A DNA stretch of 64,000 nucleotides. Source: the human T2T-CHM13v2.0 reference genome, Homo sapiens. This document shows positions 30,577 through 64,000 of this stretch, in pieces. The stretch lies in assembly GCF_009914755.1 (NCBI RefSeq), contig NC_060931.1. One strand, 5' to 3'. The notes below the pieces were generated by a model. That model ran no database searches and was not told the origin of the DNA. It worked only from the letters and a program-made list of their open reading frames with translations. The position numbers were made by a program, and so were the translations under genes. Positions within the stretch are counted from its first letter, which is position 1. Each line of letters begins with the position of its first letter.

Positions 30577-30710
30577 GTCGTCGTCTTCATTGTCGTCTTC
30601 GTTGTCTTCTTCTTTCTTCCTCTCTTCTTCTTTCTTCCTCCTCCTCTTCTTCTTTCTTCCTCTTCCTCTTCTTCTTCCTCTTGCTCCTCCTCCTCCTCCT
30701 CTTCTCCCCC
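30577..30710 (+). repeat. (TCT/TCC)n low-complexity polypyrimidine tract
   Basis: 30605-30710 contains a single purine (G30683). Confidence 0.95.
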
Positions 30711-32238
30711 AACCCCCACGTTCACTTCATCCCCTGGGAGCTGAGGCTTCCAGGCTCCAGCCTGCAACACATACCGTTCTACTCCCTCTCATCCACAGCC
30801 TGCCGGACCACAGGCTGCCCCTACCCCCACTGAAGGGCTGCCACACCAGCCCCGCTTGTCACTGCATTTCTGCTAACTCTTTCTGTTGCGTCCGCACATG
30901 ACAGGCCCCACCACCATGTGCACATCTGGAAGCCCCACTCAGGTGGCTTCTTTGCCCAAATGCGCTCCTAGTTTTCCACTTCCTGGTGAACCAGCTGTGC
31001 TCTTGAGCTCTTGCCCGCGTCCCCTTCTCAGCATCGTCCCATTTCCACTTCCTCACCCCCACGCAACAGGGGATGCTGACCTCAGATCCTCATGCACTGC
31101 AGCACAAGACACCCTGTCCCTTCAGGGCCCTTCTCCAATGCTTGTTCATCATGACACTGAGACGTGGTCTCCAATCCATCAAGATCCCTCCTGCTGGGGT
31201 CCTCACAAGTTCTGTCTTAATGGACCACTTGGAGTCTTGCCTATTACCTGTAATGGCCTGTAAATTTCCTGGAGTACGGACCAGGAGTGGTTCTGATTCC
31301 CCACGGCAACAAGCGGATAGCAGGCTGCTGGTAAAGATCTGTAGAATAGATAAAGAGCCACGTGGTCTTTTATTACATAATCCTAAAGAAAATAGGAAAC
31401 GAAGGACAGGATTCCATCTTAAGAAACCCCTTTCAGCTGGGCGCAGTGGCTCACATCTGTAATCCCAGCACTTTGGGAGGCCGACAGATCACCTGAGGTC
31501 AGGAAACCAGCTTGGCCAAAACCGTCTCTACTAAAAATAAATTATCCAGGTGTGGTGGCTCACACTAGGGGGACAGAGGCCGAAATTGTGGCTGCAGGAA
31601 CATGGCGAAGGTCCGGTTGACTCTGCACCTGCGAGTCGTAAATCTCACGGTCCAGCCAGCCTGCTCTGGGTCTCTCTCTTCCATCCTTGGTATTTCAAAG
31701 AAACACTTGCAGCTCCTTCAAAGCCACATAGCCTCACTTCCCCTCTTCTCCCTGGTAAACTCAGCAAAAAAGGGACATCCACAGCAAAAGGAACTCAAGA
31801 AACAGTAATAATCCTGGGGACCTGGACTCACTGAGACAGCCCAGAGACCGTAGTGATCAGGGTGCGGCCCTTTTCAGTGCCATTGAGAACAAGGGAGGGA
31901 GAAGTCACCTTCTCTTGCCACATCTTTGTCATTGCACTCCTTCCCCAACCTGGGGCTGCAGAGAAGGTCTGCCCACCTGGCTTCTGAGTCATCCAAGTCT
32001 AGGAGGTTGCTCTTTGCCTATGTCCCCTGGTCCCCAGGTAGGTGCCAGTTAGGAGTGAGGTGTGGGCAGTGGCCGCCCTGGTGGGTTCCCCTCTCTCTGG
32101 CTTCTCCTTACAACTTTTTCCTTCCCTTTAAGCTTTACAAATACATTCCACTTGCAACAATGTTATGTCTGTATTAAACTTTAAAATTATACTCTGAACA
32201 GACCTGGTGTGATTCCATATGGAATGATTTACATGCTA

Positions 32239-32830
<592 letters not shown>

Positions 32831-32945
32831 TTACCACTGGTCCCTCCGGCATATCCCATGATCCACTGTTTCTACGAGACCTCTCACTTACAGCCGATGA
32901 GTCATACTTCAAGAACATTTAACCAAGTTGAAGCAAATTATCTTT

Positions 32946-33066
32946 TTTTTTTTGTCTCCTTTTTTTCCATGTGTCCAAGGCATGAACCAGGCATAGATCA
33001 AAAGCCAAGCTGGGGATGAACAAGGGATTGCTTCATCCCTGACTGATAGGAGATGGGCACTACCAA
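32946..33066 (-). pseudogene. SNORA48: 5'-truncated retrocopy of H/ACA snoRNA SNORA48 (ACA48) with A-rich tail
   Basis: Minus strand reads TGCCCATCTCCTATCAGTCAGGGATGAAGCAATCCCTTGTTCATCCCCAGCTTGGCTTTTGATCTATGCCTGGTTCATGCCTTGGACACATGG plus an A tail, matching the recalled 3' part of SNORA48. Perfect 15-bp TSD aagcaaattatcttt at 32931-32945 and 33068-33082. Confidence 0.85.
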
Positions 33067-33192
33067 AAAGCAAATTATCTTTAACAAAAAGAGGCAAAAA
33101 GAGAAAAGCTAGTGTTTTCCAAACTGGTAACTGAAGTGAAATTGTGATTTCACTTCAGCAGGTACTAAGAACATAAATAAAAAACAATTTCA

Positions 33193-33940
<748 letters not shown>

Positions 33941-34259
33941 AAATTGACATCCTAAGTGGAATCTGACTCCTGATGCCCAGAAGACAGCCAACATCTTTGT
34001 GGCTGGCAAAAAAAAAAAAAAAAGAAAAGTTCCCTTTACAGTAACGTTCGGACAGACGTTTGTGGCTTGGCAGCCAGTCTTATGGCCAAATGAGGCACGG
34101 GCTCAGGTCGCTTGAGTTTGAGAACAGATGAGAGAATAATTAATTTTTTTAGGAGCTGTGGAAGTCTAAGAAGGAAAATGACTTCAACTAGAATCCATTC
34201 TTTCTAAAGGGAACTTGTTTTCCACGTGTGTTAAACGACTTGGGGGGAAATCAGCTGTC

Positions 34260-35250
<991 letters not shown>

Positions 35251-35403
35251 GGAGTTTGAGTCTATGTCAAGGGGACTCTCCAGGCTGCAACGTACAAGAA
35301 AGGCGCAAACATGAATGCATGTTGCTTGTTTTGGGAAGCCTCGTTTGGCTGACTTACAAATTTAATCGGAAAACAAACCAACCCACCTCATTGGCCCTTG
35401 TAA

Positions 35404-36285
<882 letters not shown>

Positions 36286-36861
36286 TGATGAAACATTTGT
36301 GCATCACATCAGGTAAAGTTCTCTTTGCTTCTGCCACGTCCAGAGCTCAAGGGTGGCCCGGCATGAGTTAAGGCTGTTAGATTTGGGAGATCTGGCCTTT
36401 GAAACGCACTCAGCACTCCATACTTAGGAAACCCTATAGTATTTCAATACTAGAGATCGTATCAGAGGGAATTGCATTACATGATGTATAGCGTCTCCGT
36501 ATGCTTAGTGGCCGCGGGTCCAATTGGCCTTGGGTGCTGGTCTCACTTTTGGGAGGAGCCCTTAAGTCCCCTCCAGCCCCATAGCAGCAACGTTGACTGG
36601 GCTCGATCCTCATGCAAAGCTGGTTCTGTAGGGAGAACACATCACAGATGACACCTCCCCTCTTCCCACCCCGCAGAAGAGGGCGTGTCCCATGGCCACC
36701 TTCCCTACATTGTTCACGGTCCATTAGTGATTTGTTTAGCATTATGAGTAAAACAGGCCTGGCTTGAGTAAAATACACAAAAGTTTTATTTAAGCACCCT
36801 TTCTACCCCACCCTCCGTAAAAAGATAAAATGTCAGTCACATTCATAATTTCAAAAAATCC

Positions 36862-37237
<376 letters not shown>

Positions 37238-37658
37238 TCATCAGACATGTTTGAAACACCCTGAAATTTAGACTCAAACAGAGCAGGGAGATGTTTTGAA
37301 CAGCATCAATTTGCACCAAGAAAATGCAGTGTTTTATGAGGATGTTAACCGAAATTGAATGTCTTTGGATGATTAATGCGAGCTTTGTTCTGGGGGCTGG
37401 CGGGTGATCCTCCTTCAAGGCAGTCCTCCCTCCCATGGACCTCCCTGGCCTCAATGCCGTAGGTCGCTACTTAGATTTCCCCCATCTCCTTTTGCAGCAG
37501 AGCCACGGCCTCTGCGGGCCGGTCAGCCAGGGAAGGGCCTCTCAGAAGATTCTAGAAACTCCCGAGTTGCACAGGCAGCCCTGAGCCCTTTCTTTAGTGA
37601 CAGGCGGCTCAGATTTCATGTCACACAGCCCATATCGTCAACACCACCATTCCCCTGA

Positions 37659-37967
<309 letters not shown>

Positions 37968-38891
37968 TGAGAAGAGGCATTGCTAAGCTAAGCCCCCCGA
38001 GTCTGAATCCCAGCCCACTTCAGATCCTAATTACCCGGTCCCCCGTTTTTCTCAGACGCAGTTGAAAAAATAACAGCGGTTGCTCTGAGAAAAGTCAGGT
38101 GACCCGTCAAATTAAATACTGCTGCTTCCTCGTATTTTTAACTCGGAAACACACTCAAGGTCCTATGGAACGGACGCATCCCACATCGTCCCGGTGGCAT
38201 ACTTGTTTTTAAATGGTGGTATACTTGTTTTGAATGCAGTGGTTCCTATTTAGGAAGGTAGTAAGAAATTAAACTATCCGGGTGGCTTCCCGAAAGAGCT
38301 GGGGCCAGCCCCTGGGCCATAGTAGCCTCATTTCGTCGGCACGTGTGCCTGCACAAAACATCACCATGTGGCCGAAAGAATCCATCCTCCCCGCTTAGGA
38401 ATTTCTGCAGGCTCCTTTCCTCGTATGTAAATTTTAAAAAGATATTATGTGATAATAGGTGCAAACAATTTTTTAAGTTAAGCCTTTCTTCACCCTGTGC
38501 CTCTGAATGATTGATAGACAATCAGCCTCAAACCCTCTGCCCTCCTTTTCCGTTTATCCTGTGTGGGACCCCAGCATCCAATAAACATCTAACCCCGAGG
38601 AGAGTCAGTCCCAAGCCACAGCAGTTGCTTCTAAGTGACTCATGAGAAACATTGCCTTTTAATCACTCGCCTTTTATATATATGGATTAAATGATCGGTT
38701 CTCCCGGGTACTAACCCACGGGTGGTGTCCGGCTTTGGCAGAGTAACATTGACCGTAAGGTCAAATGAGCAGGAAATCCCTCCTGCCCGGTGTCGCTGTG
38801 AAGTTGCACTCACAGCAAACACAGGCCACTGGGAGGCCACATCTGCCTCCTTGTGTCACCAGCCCCCACCCGGGGCTATATATCAGAATGA

Positions 38892-39104
<213 letters not shown>

Positions 39105-39191
39105 TAAGAGAATTGTCATGAGTGCTCTGGTCAGCAGTAATTAACTATTTTTTTTTTAAACAATAATGAATGCCTGTTCTCAAGCATTTAG

Positions 39192-39948
<757 letters not shown>

Positions 39949-40085
39949 CTCGGGGAAAGGAGCCCCAGGAGGGCAGGTCGGGGAGCACTTTCACTGACAC
40001 CCCCTTTATTACCCTCTACATCTGTGTGTATACCAAAGGCCACCAGGTCATCAAGCTGTAGTGTCAGGCCCTGGTCCTTGGTTGA

Positions 40086-41174
<1,089 letters not shown>

Positions 41175-41838
41175 TGACCCTCACCCATTTCAATTCACCC
41201 AAGAGCAGAGCGTAAGGCATCCTCTGCTCCCAGACTTCCAAGGTGCGGCTGGTGAACATTGCAGCCCCGATCCCATTTGCCGAGCCCCGACTGCAGCCAG
41301 GTTCTAGGCTCAGCCTTTCACCTGCATGCTGCCCTTTCGACCCCTCACTTGGCGCTGGGAAGTGGATGGTAAAATCCCCAATTGACAGGGAAGGACACCA
41401 AGGCTTGGGGACGTTAACTACTTGCCCCAAGCTGACCGGCAGCCGAGTCCACATCCAGCTTTTGCTGCCAAGGGGAGCTGAGAGGCACCCCTGCAGGCTT
41501 CCTTGGCCAAAAAAAATCCCATCTGATCACACAGAGGGACCACCAGTACGCAGAGAGCCAAAAGGGACTTACTAGAAAAAGCTGCAGAGAGCATTATTGT
41601 TCCTTTCTGTGTAACTCTTGGATATTGTTCAGTCAGAGAGGTCAAGCAACCTGCCCGGGGACACACAGCTTGGGGATGGCCCAAGCAGGGTGGCCCGTGT
41701 TTCCCTATCATCCTTCCCTGGCTCAGGAAAGTGTAATCGTGCATGGACGAGCTTCTAGGCCTTTCTGTTCTTGGCACTTTCCTGGTCACTGAGATTCAGG
41801 AGAATGAGGGTTAACCGTGCCTGCCAAATCTAAAATAA

Positions 41839-42113
<275 letters not shown>

Positions 42114-43255
42114 ACCCCCTACCATTTTAGATTAAATAACGGAGTGCTGAATAGAAGGAGAAGCACCCCTCTCCCCTAAAAGGCACCTTCCTGAGGGAGC
42201 ACGTGGCTGGATCAGCAGGGGACAAATCCCACCCCCTCCCCTGCCAAGCCAGGGTCCCTGCATGGCGCCGTCCCCGCACTCCCCACCCCGCCTTCCACTC
42301 AGTGTTTGCCGTATGCTGTGCTGTGAATCCCGGTGGTGTCCGATGGCGAACTTTGCCCTGATTTTGCAAAAGGTGAAGGGGGGCGACTAGAAATGAGGAT
42401 GAGTATTTCAAGTCCCTTGAGATTTCTAGTTCAGTGTTGTAAAAATACCATTTGAGAACATTGAAATAGACATTCGTGCTCATGCCTTAAATTTAGCAGA
42501 GACTTAATAACATTGAACTTGTTTGGCCCGTGAGTGCAGTTTTATTCTGGAACTTGAGAACTTTTCAAAAGAGTGATCGGATGCAGCCCCTAAATATCCC
42601 AGGGCGGCATCTGTGTCCTGTGGGGGGTGTTTGTGCCTATACATATGTATGGCCATATGGGAGCGTCAGAAAACTCGGGTGTGTACACGCAACTCGGCAA
42701 TCATCTGCGGCGGAATGTCACTCCCAGGCCGGCTCCCCAGGTCCCACCAGCTCACCTCTGGGCCCCCACCTTTGATCAGGATGTGGTCAGAACAAGCAGA
42801 CCTTTCTAAATGCTGGCCTGGCTCAGCGTTTGCAGAGGACACCAGCTTCGCCAGTCCCACCGGCACCCACTGCCCCACCTCTGGAGGGATCTTGTCCCTG
42901 GAACCTTAGCCTTTCCCGGTGCCACCAAGTGAAGAGCAAGGTGCTTGTACACACCTCCTCCGCGGGGTGTCAGGGTGACAGCCCTGCCATCTTGGCAGGA
43001 TCAAGACCCTGGGATGAGACCCTCTTCCCTCCCTGGGAGCTGAGAGCTGTGGCTGTAACCATGGCTCACCCGAAAGTCCCCCTGTGCCGGGGTCTCAGCC
43101 ACCGTTGATCTTTAAATGCATATTCCCTGCCCACAAGCTGTCACCGCCACCAGGCCGTGGTTCTGTGCTCAGAAGTCAGCCCTAGACGCGCCCTCTGCGT
43201 GGTGGGTGTGCATTGCAGCAGCATCTGTGGTGTCATGCTAATAGCCAGGCACTGA

Positions 43256-43681
<426 letters not shown>

Positions 43682-44005
43682 TAAGCAGCAGAAAATGAGT
43701 TACCAATTTAAAAAATGCTGTTTATACATAAATACAGGTAAAAGTCAAGTAGCTGAATCAGGGAGTCAGGAAAGAAAGTCAGCCAAAGGTACAAAAGTGG
43801 AAGATGTCACAGGCGAAACCTTTCACCTGCTCCCGGCCCGGGGGCCTGGCCTTGCAACAGCAGCGCCTCCCCGGCCCGTGGGTCCCCATGCCCGCCCCTC
43901 CCCAGGAGGAATGGGAAGCCTCCCCGGGCCTTGCCACATTCAGTTAGGAAGCTTTAAGCCCTGGGCCGCGTTCCTTCCTTTAATTATAACCTTTTTCTAC
44001 TTTAG

Positions 44006-44062
44006 TCCTCCACTCCGTGACATCGCTCCAGGACCCGCTGCAGCAGGGCTGTGTGAGCTCAG
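44006..44062 (+). CDS. CUX1: CUX1 exon 20: (V)LHSVTSLQDPLQQGCVSS(E)
   Basis: Acceptor ctttttctactttag with tataac branch candidate; donor CAG|gtaagc; 57 nt, phase 1-1; read by hand. Confidence 0.94.
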
Positions 44063-45493
44063 GTAAGCAGCCAGTTTCTGTTGCTTTTGCATGAAATGTC
44101 TCACTGCCTTTTCTGTTGTCCCGTGCTGTGGTCTGTCCCGGCGAGACTCCGAGGGACCGCACATTCTGGATTTGGGGAGCTGAAATATGGCATCCTATCT
44201 GCAAACGGGGTCCCTCTCTGTGTCAGTTTCTAATGGAGAGCGAGCTGACAGTGCATGGAGGGACTCTGCCAAGATTTGCACGCCCACTGTCATCCTTTGT
44301 CGGCCCAGAGCCTTGTGTTCAGGGCTGGGGTCTAAGTCGGAGACAGATTCCCCACTCAGGGGGCTTACCGTCTGATAGGAAGGGATAAAGCACGGGCACA
44401 CATCCCTCTCCTGGTGGGGTCATGTCGGGGGACTTCTTATCTAACCGGAAGACATCCAGGCAGCCTCTGAGCAAGAAAATGGGGAGCTTTGAGCTTGAGC
44501 AGTGGGAAAGGTAGGGTAGCAGAAAGGAAATGGCCAGGAAGCCCCTGAAGACAGCTCAGGTGTGAACGAATGGAGAGCTGGGGACTGAGATCTGAGCCTG
44601 GGAGCAGGTGGTGGCGGAGAGTGGTGGCTGCAGGCTGAGAAACTCGGGCTCCTTCCTGTCTGCATTTCACAGCCTCGAGGTCTCCAACCACACTTGTTCT
44701 CTTTGCCACATGGTGCCTGGACACAGCCCACCGAGGCTGACCCATGGCCACGGCTCCCAGGCTCTCGTCTGCGCCCCCCCGCCTCCCTTCTCGTGCGCCA
44801 ATCCCACACTTGGAGCTGAGCTTTTCACAGCCAGCTTTTAGGAACAGCCAGCACTGTGAGCTGGTCCTCTTTTTCCCTTTCTGTATTTTTCTAAACATGT
44901 TGATTCGTCTCCATATCCCATTGATTCATTGAAAACACAAACAAAGCTAACAGGAGCACGAAGCCCGCCAGCTTGCCGCAAGCTCCACGAGGGGGAACAT
45001 GTGTAGCGCGGGGAACAGCTGTGTGGCAGTGGCTGCTGCTTCTACAAGAGACCAAACCCTCATACAGATGCAGCCGGGGCACCTCGGTGGCATCCAAGTC
45101 CCCAGTTGAGAGTTCTGCGTGTTTTCCGTGTTCTGATTTGACTCTGACCAACGTGGGGGTCGAGAGGCTGCATCTCACCCGCGCCGTGGGTCTTCTTGGC
45201 TGGACATCTAGGTGGAGCGGGTGCCCATTGGAAGAAGGGATCACTCATTCTGGCTTGGCCAATTTAATTAGAAAGTACCAAGAACTAATCCAGCACTGGC
45301 TCGAGTTCAGAATACTTCAGGGGAAATAATGGACATAGCTGTTTGTGCTGGAGTTTTACGGACGTCTGCTTGGAAAGTTAGCCTTGACCCCCTGCTCTAA
45401 CGGGAAGTTGGCCTTCTTGAAACTCACGAGAGTATTTGATTCCATTGAGGCAGGACTGAACTTGGCAGAAAGTGACTAATGTATTCTAGATCA

Positions 45494-47430
<1,937 letters not shown>

Positions 47431-48764
47431 TAGTATATGGAATTTAATTTAGAAAAATAGAGTTGCTAACAGTGGTTTTTAGTAAATCCTTGGGATTAGT
47501 GACATGAGAGACTAGAATCTTCCTTGACTGTGTCTCTGTGGAAGCTTCCAGCAGTGCTGCCCCTGAAGCAGGAGAGCGAGCCTCTGTCCTAAGATTGCTA
47601 CAGGATTCCGATTCCCTGTTCTTCCCATGGCTACCCCAGAATCCTTTCAAGAGGCCCCCAGACCCAGAAGATGCTCCCTCCATTGCTTGCCTCAAGTAGC
47701 TCGCCGTGGTAGAACCAATGTCTGCAGAAAGGTCATTGCAAGCCCGGCTTGGCTTCTTCCTGAATGTCAGTGAGAAATGCTCAGTGCTTGAGATTCTGGG
47801 CCTCGAAGATGGACTGGCGGTTGGTTTTCCTTCCCAGGTAGGCAGGGACTTTGGACAACTTGCTCAGCCAGCCACAGCCCTGCAGTAAGGGAATCGGGCT
47901 TACAGCGGAGTCCGTGGGGGCGGATGGCTCTGTGCTCTGTGCTCGGTTACCATGGTGATCAGGTGCCCTGCGCTAGAGTGGCCTCGCCCATCTGAACAGC
48001 AAGCTGCTGGCCCAGGAGTCTATTTTCTTTTCCTCACTGAGAGCTCCCGTCAGCCTTTTCCTGCCGGGCTCTGTTGCCTTGTCTGTCCTTCCGTTTTCCT
48101 TAATGACTTAGACGCCAATTTGCCAAAAAGGAGAGAGAAACTGACATTTCATTCACATCATCACTTTTTCCTCTTGGTGGATACAACTGGTTCTGAATGT
48201 TCCTCTAAGAATCCGAGCATGGGGGTGACGGGCTTGGGCATTAAGGAAATTTGATGCCATTTTTAAGCAGCAGCGTCACTAGTGACCCACCACTTTTTCT
48301 TAGACACTGTTGAGGCCTTGAAAAGGCGTAAGGTGAGCGGTAGGTTCCATGCCAGTCATGAGTAACTTTTTTTTAAGAAAAAGGATTTTTAAGAGACAAA
48401 TCTTCAGATCAGTTACCTGTTCATAGATTTCCTGGTACGTCTTAACTTTCTACAAATATTTTTTTTTGTTTGCTTCTTGCAAAATGCCCAGCACCTTGGG
48501 ATATAAAGGGGGGTGTAGTTATAACCAGGGTCATCTTTGATCTCATTTGGAAAACTTCATTTCAAGATGGAGTTGCAGGTGGTCCTTGGGGACTGATTCT
48601 GCAAGCCCCTTTTGTCTGTCAGTCATTCCAGGCTTCATCCCTCATTTCTGGACCTCACACTACTTAACCATACCAAATGTTCATAGAGGAGAAGGTAGAG
48701 GCTCATTAAGGCTTGTTTGCTCAGAGTGTGGCCTTCTTATCATTTAGCAATTTATTGTATCTTA

Positions 48765-55220
<6,456 letters not shown>

Positions 55221-55380
55221 ACCTCCTTGACCTCTTTTTAGCTCTTCCAAGTCTCAGAAATCTGGAAAAATTAATTTCACTATTAGAATGGCAGTGGGCA
55301 CACCGGCCAGAGAGCATGACTTGGTAAGGGATGGGTAGGTTTGTCCAAAGCCAGAATTGAACCCTTGAGAAAAAGAGGGC

Positions 55381-55768
55381 GTGTGTGTGTGCGCGCACAC
55401 ACACACACTCTCCCCCACACACACACACCCCCCCACACACGCACACACACTCCCACACACACACTCTCCCACACACACACACTCCCACACACACACTCAC
55501 ACACACACTCCCCACACACACACACCCCCACACACGCACACACACACACTCCCACACACACTCACACACACACCCCCACACACACACTCCCACACGCACT
55601 CTCCACACACACATGCACACAGAGTCCCACACACACTTCTGCACACACACACTCTTCCACACACACTCTCCCACACACACACTCTCCCACCACACACACA
55701 CACACATTCTCTCTCCCTCACACACACATTCTCTCACACACACATTATCTCACACACACACACACACA
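55381..55768 (+). repeat. Complex (CA)n-rich microsatellite beginning with a (GT)5(GC)3(AC)5 palindrome
   Basis: Direct inspection. Confidence 0.97.
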
Positions 55769-56416
55769 TTTGCAGTGATTAATCTTTGATTACAGCAAAG
55801 CAATTTAACTAGAGGCTTTGTTTTTTCCCGTCTTAGTAATATATATTTAGACTGTTTGTATGACATACATTTTGTCTTAATGCACAGGGACGCATTGATA
55901 AGTGTTCGTACACACAGCTGGCTTGGTAATAAGGTTATTGAAGGTAATTTGAAAGCATCATTTCTAAATCAGTATGGATCTGCAGAAAAGCCGGAACAAG
56001 GCGAGCCTGTGCCCCTGAAGCAGGGCCATCTGTGTCACCCAGTGTCCCTTCAGCAATCTGGCCAGACTGAGTTCACTACCAAAATCGAATTGTAATTTAA
56101 GCAGGGTTTTTAATTTTTAATATCTTCAAGCTCTGCTTTTGATATGCTTATTTCCTTAAGAGCTTATAAAAGATACACAAGCCAACTGAGCCCAGAGGGA
56201 AAGTGACTTTCCACTCCGAATCCCCGGCAGGTCCCCTCCCCGCCCGCGGGTGAGCTCTGGTTCTGCGCAGGTTCCCGCCAACCACAGGGCCTCATCACCT
56301 CTGCAGCTTCCTCCTCGTGCATTTCAGGCCAACACAGAATTTCTAAGATCATTTCTCCCCACCGTACCTTCCCATGTCGGGGAGATGAAAGAGGAGAGTC
56401 GAAAACCATCCCCAGA

Positions 56417-56857
56417 GGGAGGGAGGCTCCAGATGGATGCCATGGTGTCTAGAGGGAGGGAGGCTCTGGATGGATGCGATGGTGTCTAGAGGGAGGGAGG
56501 CTCTGGATGGATGCAATGGTGTCTAGAGGGAGGGAGGCTCTGGATGGACACGATGGTGTCTAGAGGGAGGGAGGATCTGGATGGACGTGATGGTGTCTAG
56601 AGGGAGGGAGGCTCTGGATGGATGTGATGGTGTCTAGAGGGAGGGAGGCTCTGGATGGACACGATGGTGTCTAGAGGGAGGGAGGATCTGGATGGACGTG
56701 ATGGTGTCTAGAGGGAGGGAGGCTCTGGATGGATGCGATGGTGTCTAGAGGGAGGGAGGATCTGGATGGACACGATGGTGTCTAGAGGGAGGGAGGCTCC
56801 GGATGGATGCGATGGTGTCTAGAGGGAGAAAGGCTCTGGATGGACACGATGGTGTCT
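56417..56857 (+). repeat. Minisatellite, 12 x 37 bp (GGGAGGGAGGCTCTGGATGGAYRYGATGGTGTCTAGA)
   Basis: Unit starts every 37 bp from 56417 to 56824, counted directly. Confidence 0.97.
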
Positions 56858-57162
56858 CCTCTAGTTAGAGGAGCTCATGGTTGACTTCTCAGAGCAACTT
56901 CTCACTCGCTTGGCAGCAGGGACCTGTCACACCCCTGTGCTGTGGCCAGGACCATGTTGCCTGCACTGCTGCACCTCCAGACCCTGCCCTGACACTGCTC
57001 TCCCCAGAAACACCCTCGTCCCAGACTCTTTGTTTGAGTGACCTGCTTAGTGACTTCGGCCTCCCGCTTTGGTTACAAGATGTGGGGGCGCAGGGTCTGC
57101 CTTGCTCACGGCTGTACCCCCACACCTGGCACATGGAGGGTTTCCCCATTGTGGAAAGCTCA

Positions 57163-63553
<6,391 letters not shown>

Positions 63554-64000
63554 TAGTTCTCCTGGGGGTTCATGATGGCACAAATCCACGCCACTGGCTT
63601 GCAAGGCGCACTGGAAGAAAGAACTGTACAGCCTCTGAGTTTCGTGGTGGCTCTGCCTCCGCCAGCACCCAGAACAAAACAGGGAGATGCCACAGCAGCC
63701 GGCACCACACTCGGTTTATTAGCCAGACAGCCATGATGTTGACCTTGCTGTGGGTTAAAGGACACAAAACCTGAAGAGAAATCTGTTTATCATTTGGGAA
63801 ATTCATGCCATCCTTGACAGTATCTGGTGAGCAAGATGGATGATCTGCCAGGCCGGCCCCTCGCATGGGTGAATCACGCCATCCTTACGGTACGGTTCCT
63901 CTGCCGGCTTCAGACACAAAAATAACATTTGTGGGGTTTTATATCCAGTTCTCTGGTGACCCGGGGGGTGAGCAGAGAGAAGAAATCTGATTTGTAAGAT

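Noticed and set aside
30438-30901. Poly-Glu, poly-Ser and poly-Leu ORFs
   Set aside because: Products of the TCT/TCC low-complexity tract.
32212-32225. 14-bp palindrome attccatatggaat
   Set aside because: Several are expected by chance in a window of this length.
56417-56857. CRISPR-like appearance of the 37-bp repeats
   Set aside because: Units are directly tandem with no unique spacers, there are no cas genes, and the context is a primate intron.

Overview
Primate, almost certainly human, genomic DNA from inside CUX1 (cut-like homeobox 1 / CDP, locus shared with the golgin CASP), transcribed on the + strand. Eleven coding exons can be rebuilt from the sequence, all with GT-AG junctions and compatible phases. 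They give a continuous frame from ...[15 protein letters not shown] to ...QQGCVSS: the end of the coiled coil, CUT repeat 1 and CUT repeat 2. By recalled annotation these are exons 10-20; the last ~20 kb is intron 20. The introns hold roughly 60 Alu elements or fragments, MIR/L2/L3 relics, a Tigger3-family MITE, a 5'-truncated antisense SNORA48 retrocopy with a perfect 15-bp target-site duplication (TSD), a 12 x 37-bp minisatellite and several microsatellites. Nearly all other ORFs in the track are Alu- or repeat-derived artefacts. I see no novel multi-gene system. The best leads concern splicing: a 184-nt AG-exclusion zone with a candidate distant branch point at the acceptor that decides CUX1 versus CASP, an in-frame acceptor inside exon 15, a recursive-splice-like exon 17 start, tandem NAG acceptors, and an Alu inserted in the exon 13 branch-point region. 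There is also a box C/D-like motif set in intron 20. Exon and residue numbers and repeat-family names come from recall, not from a search.
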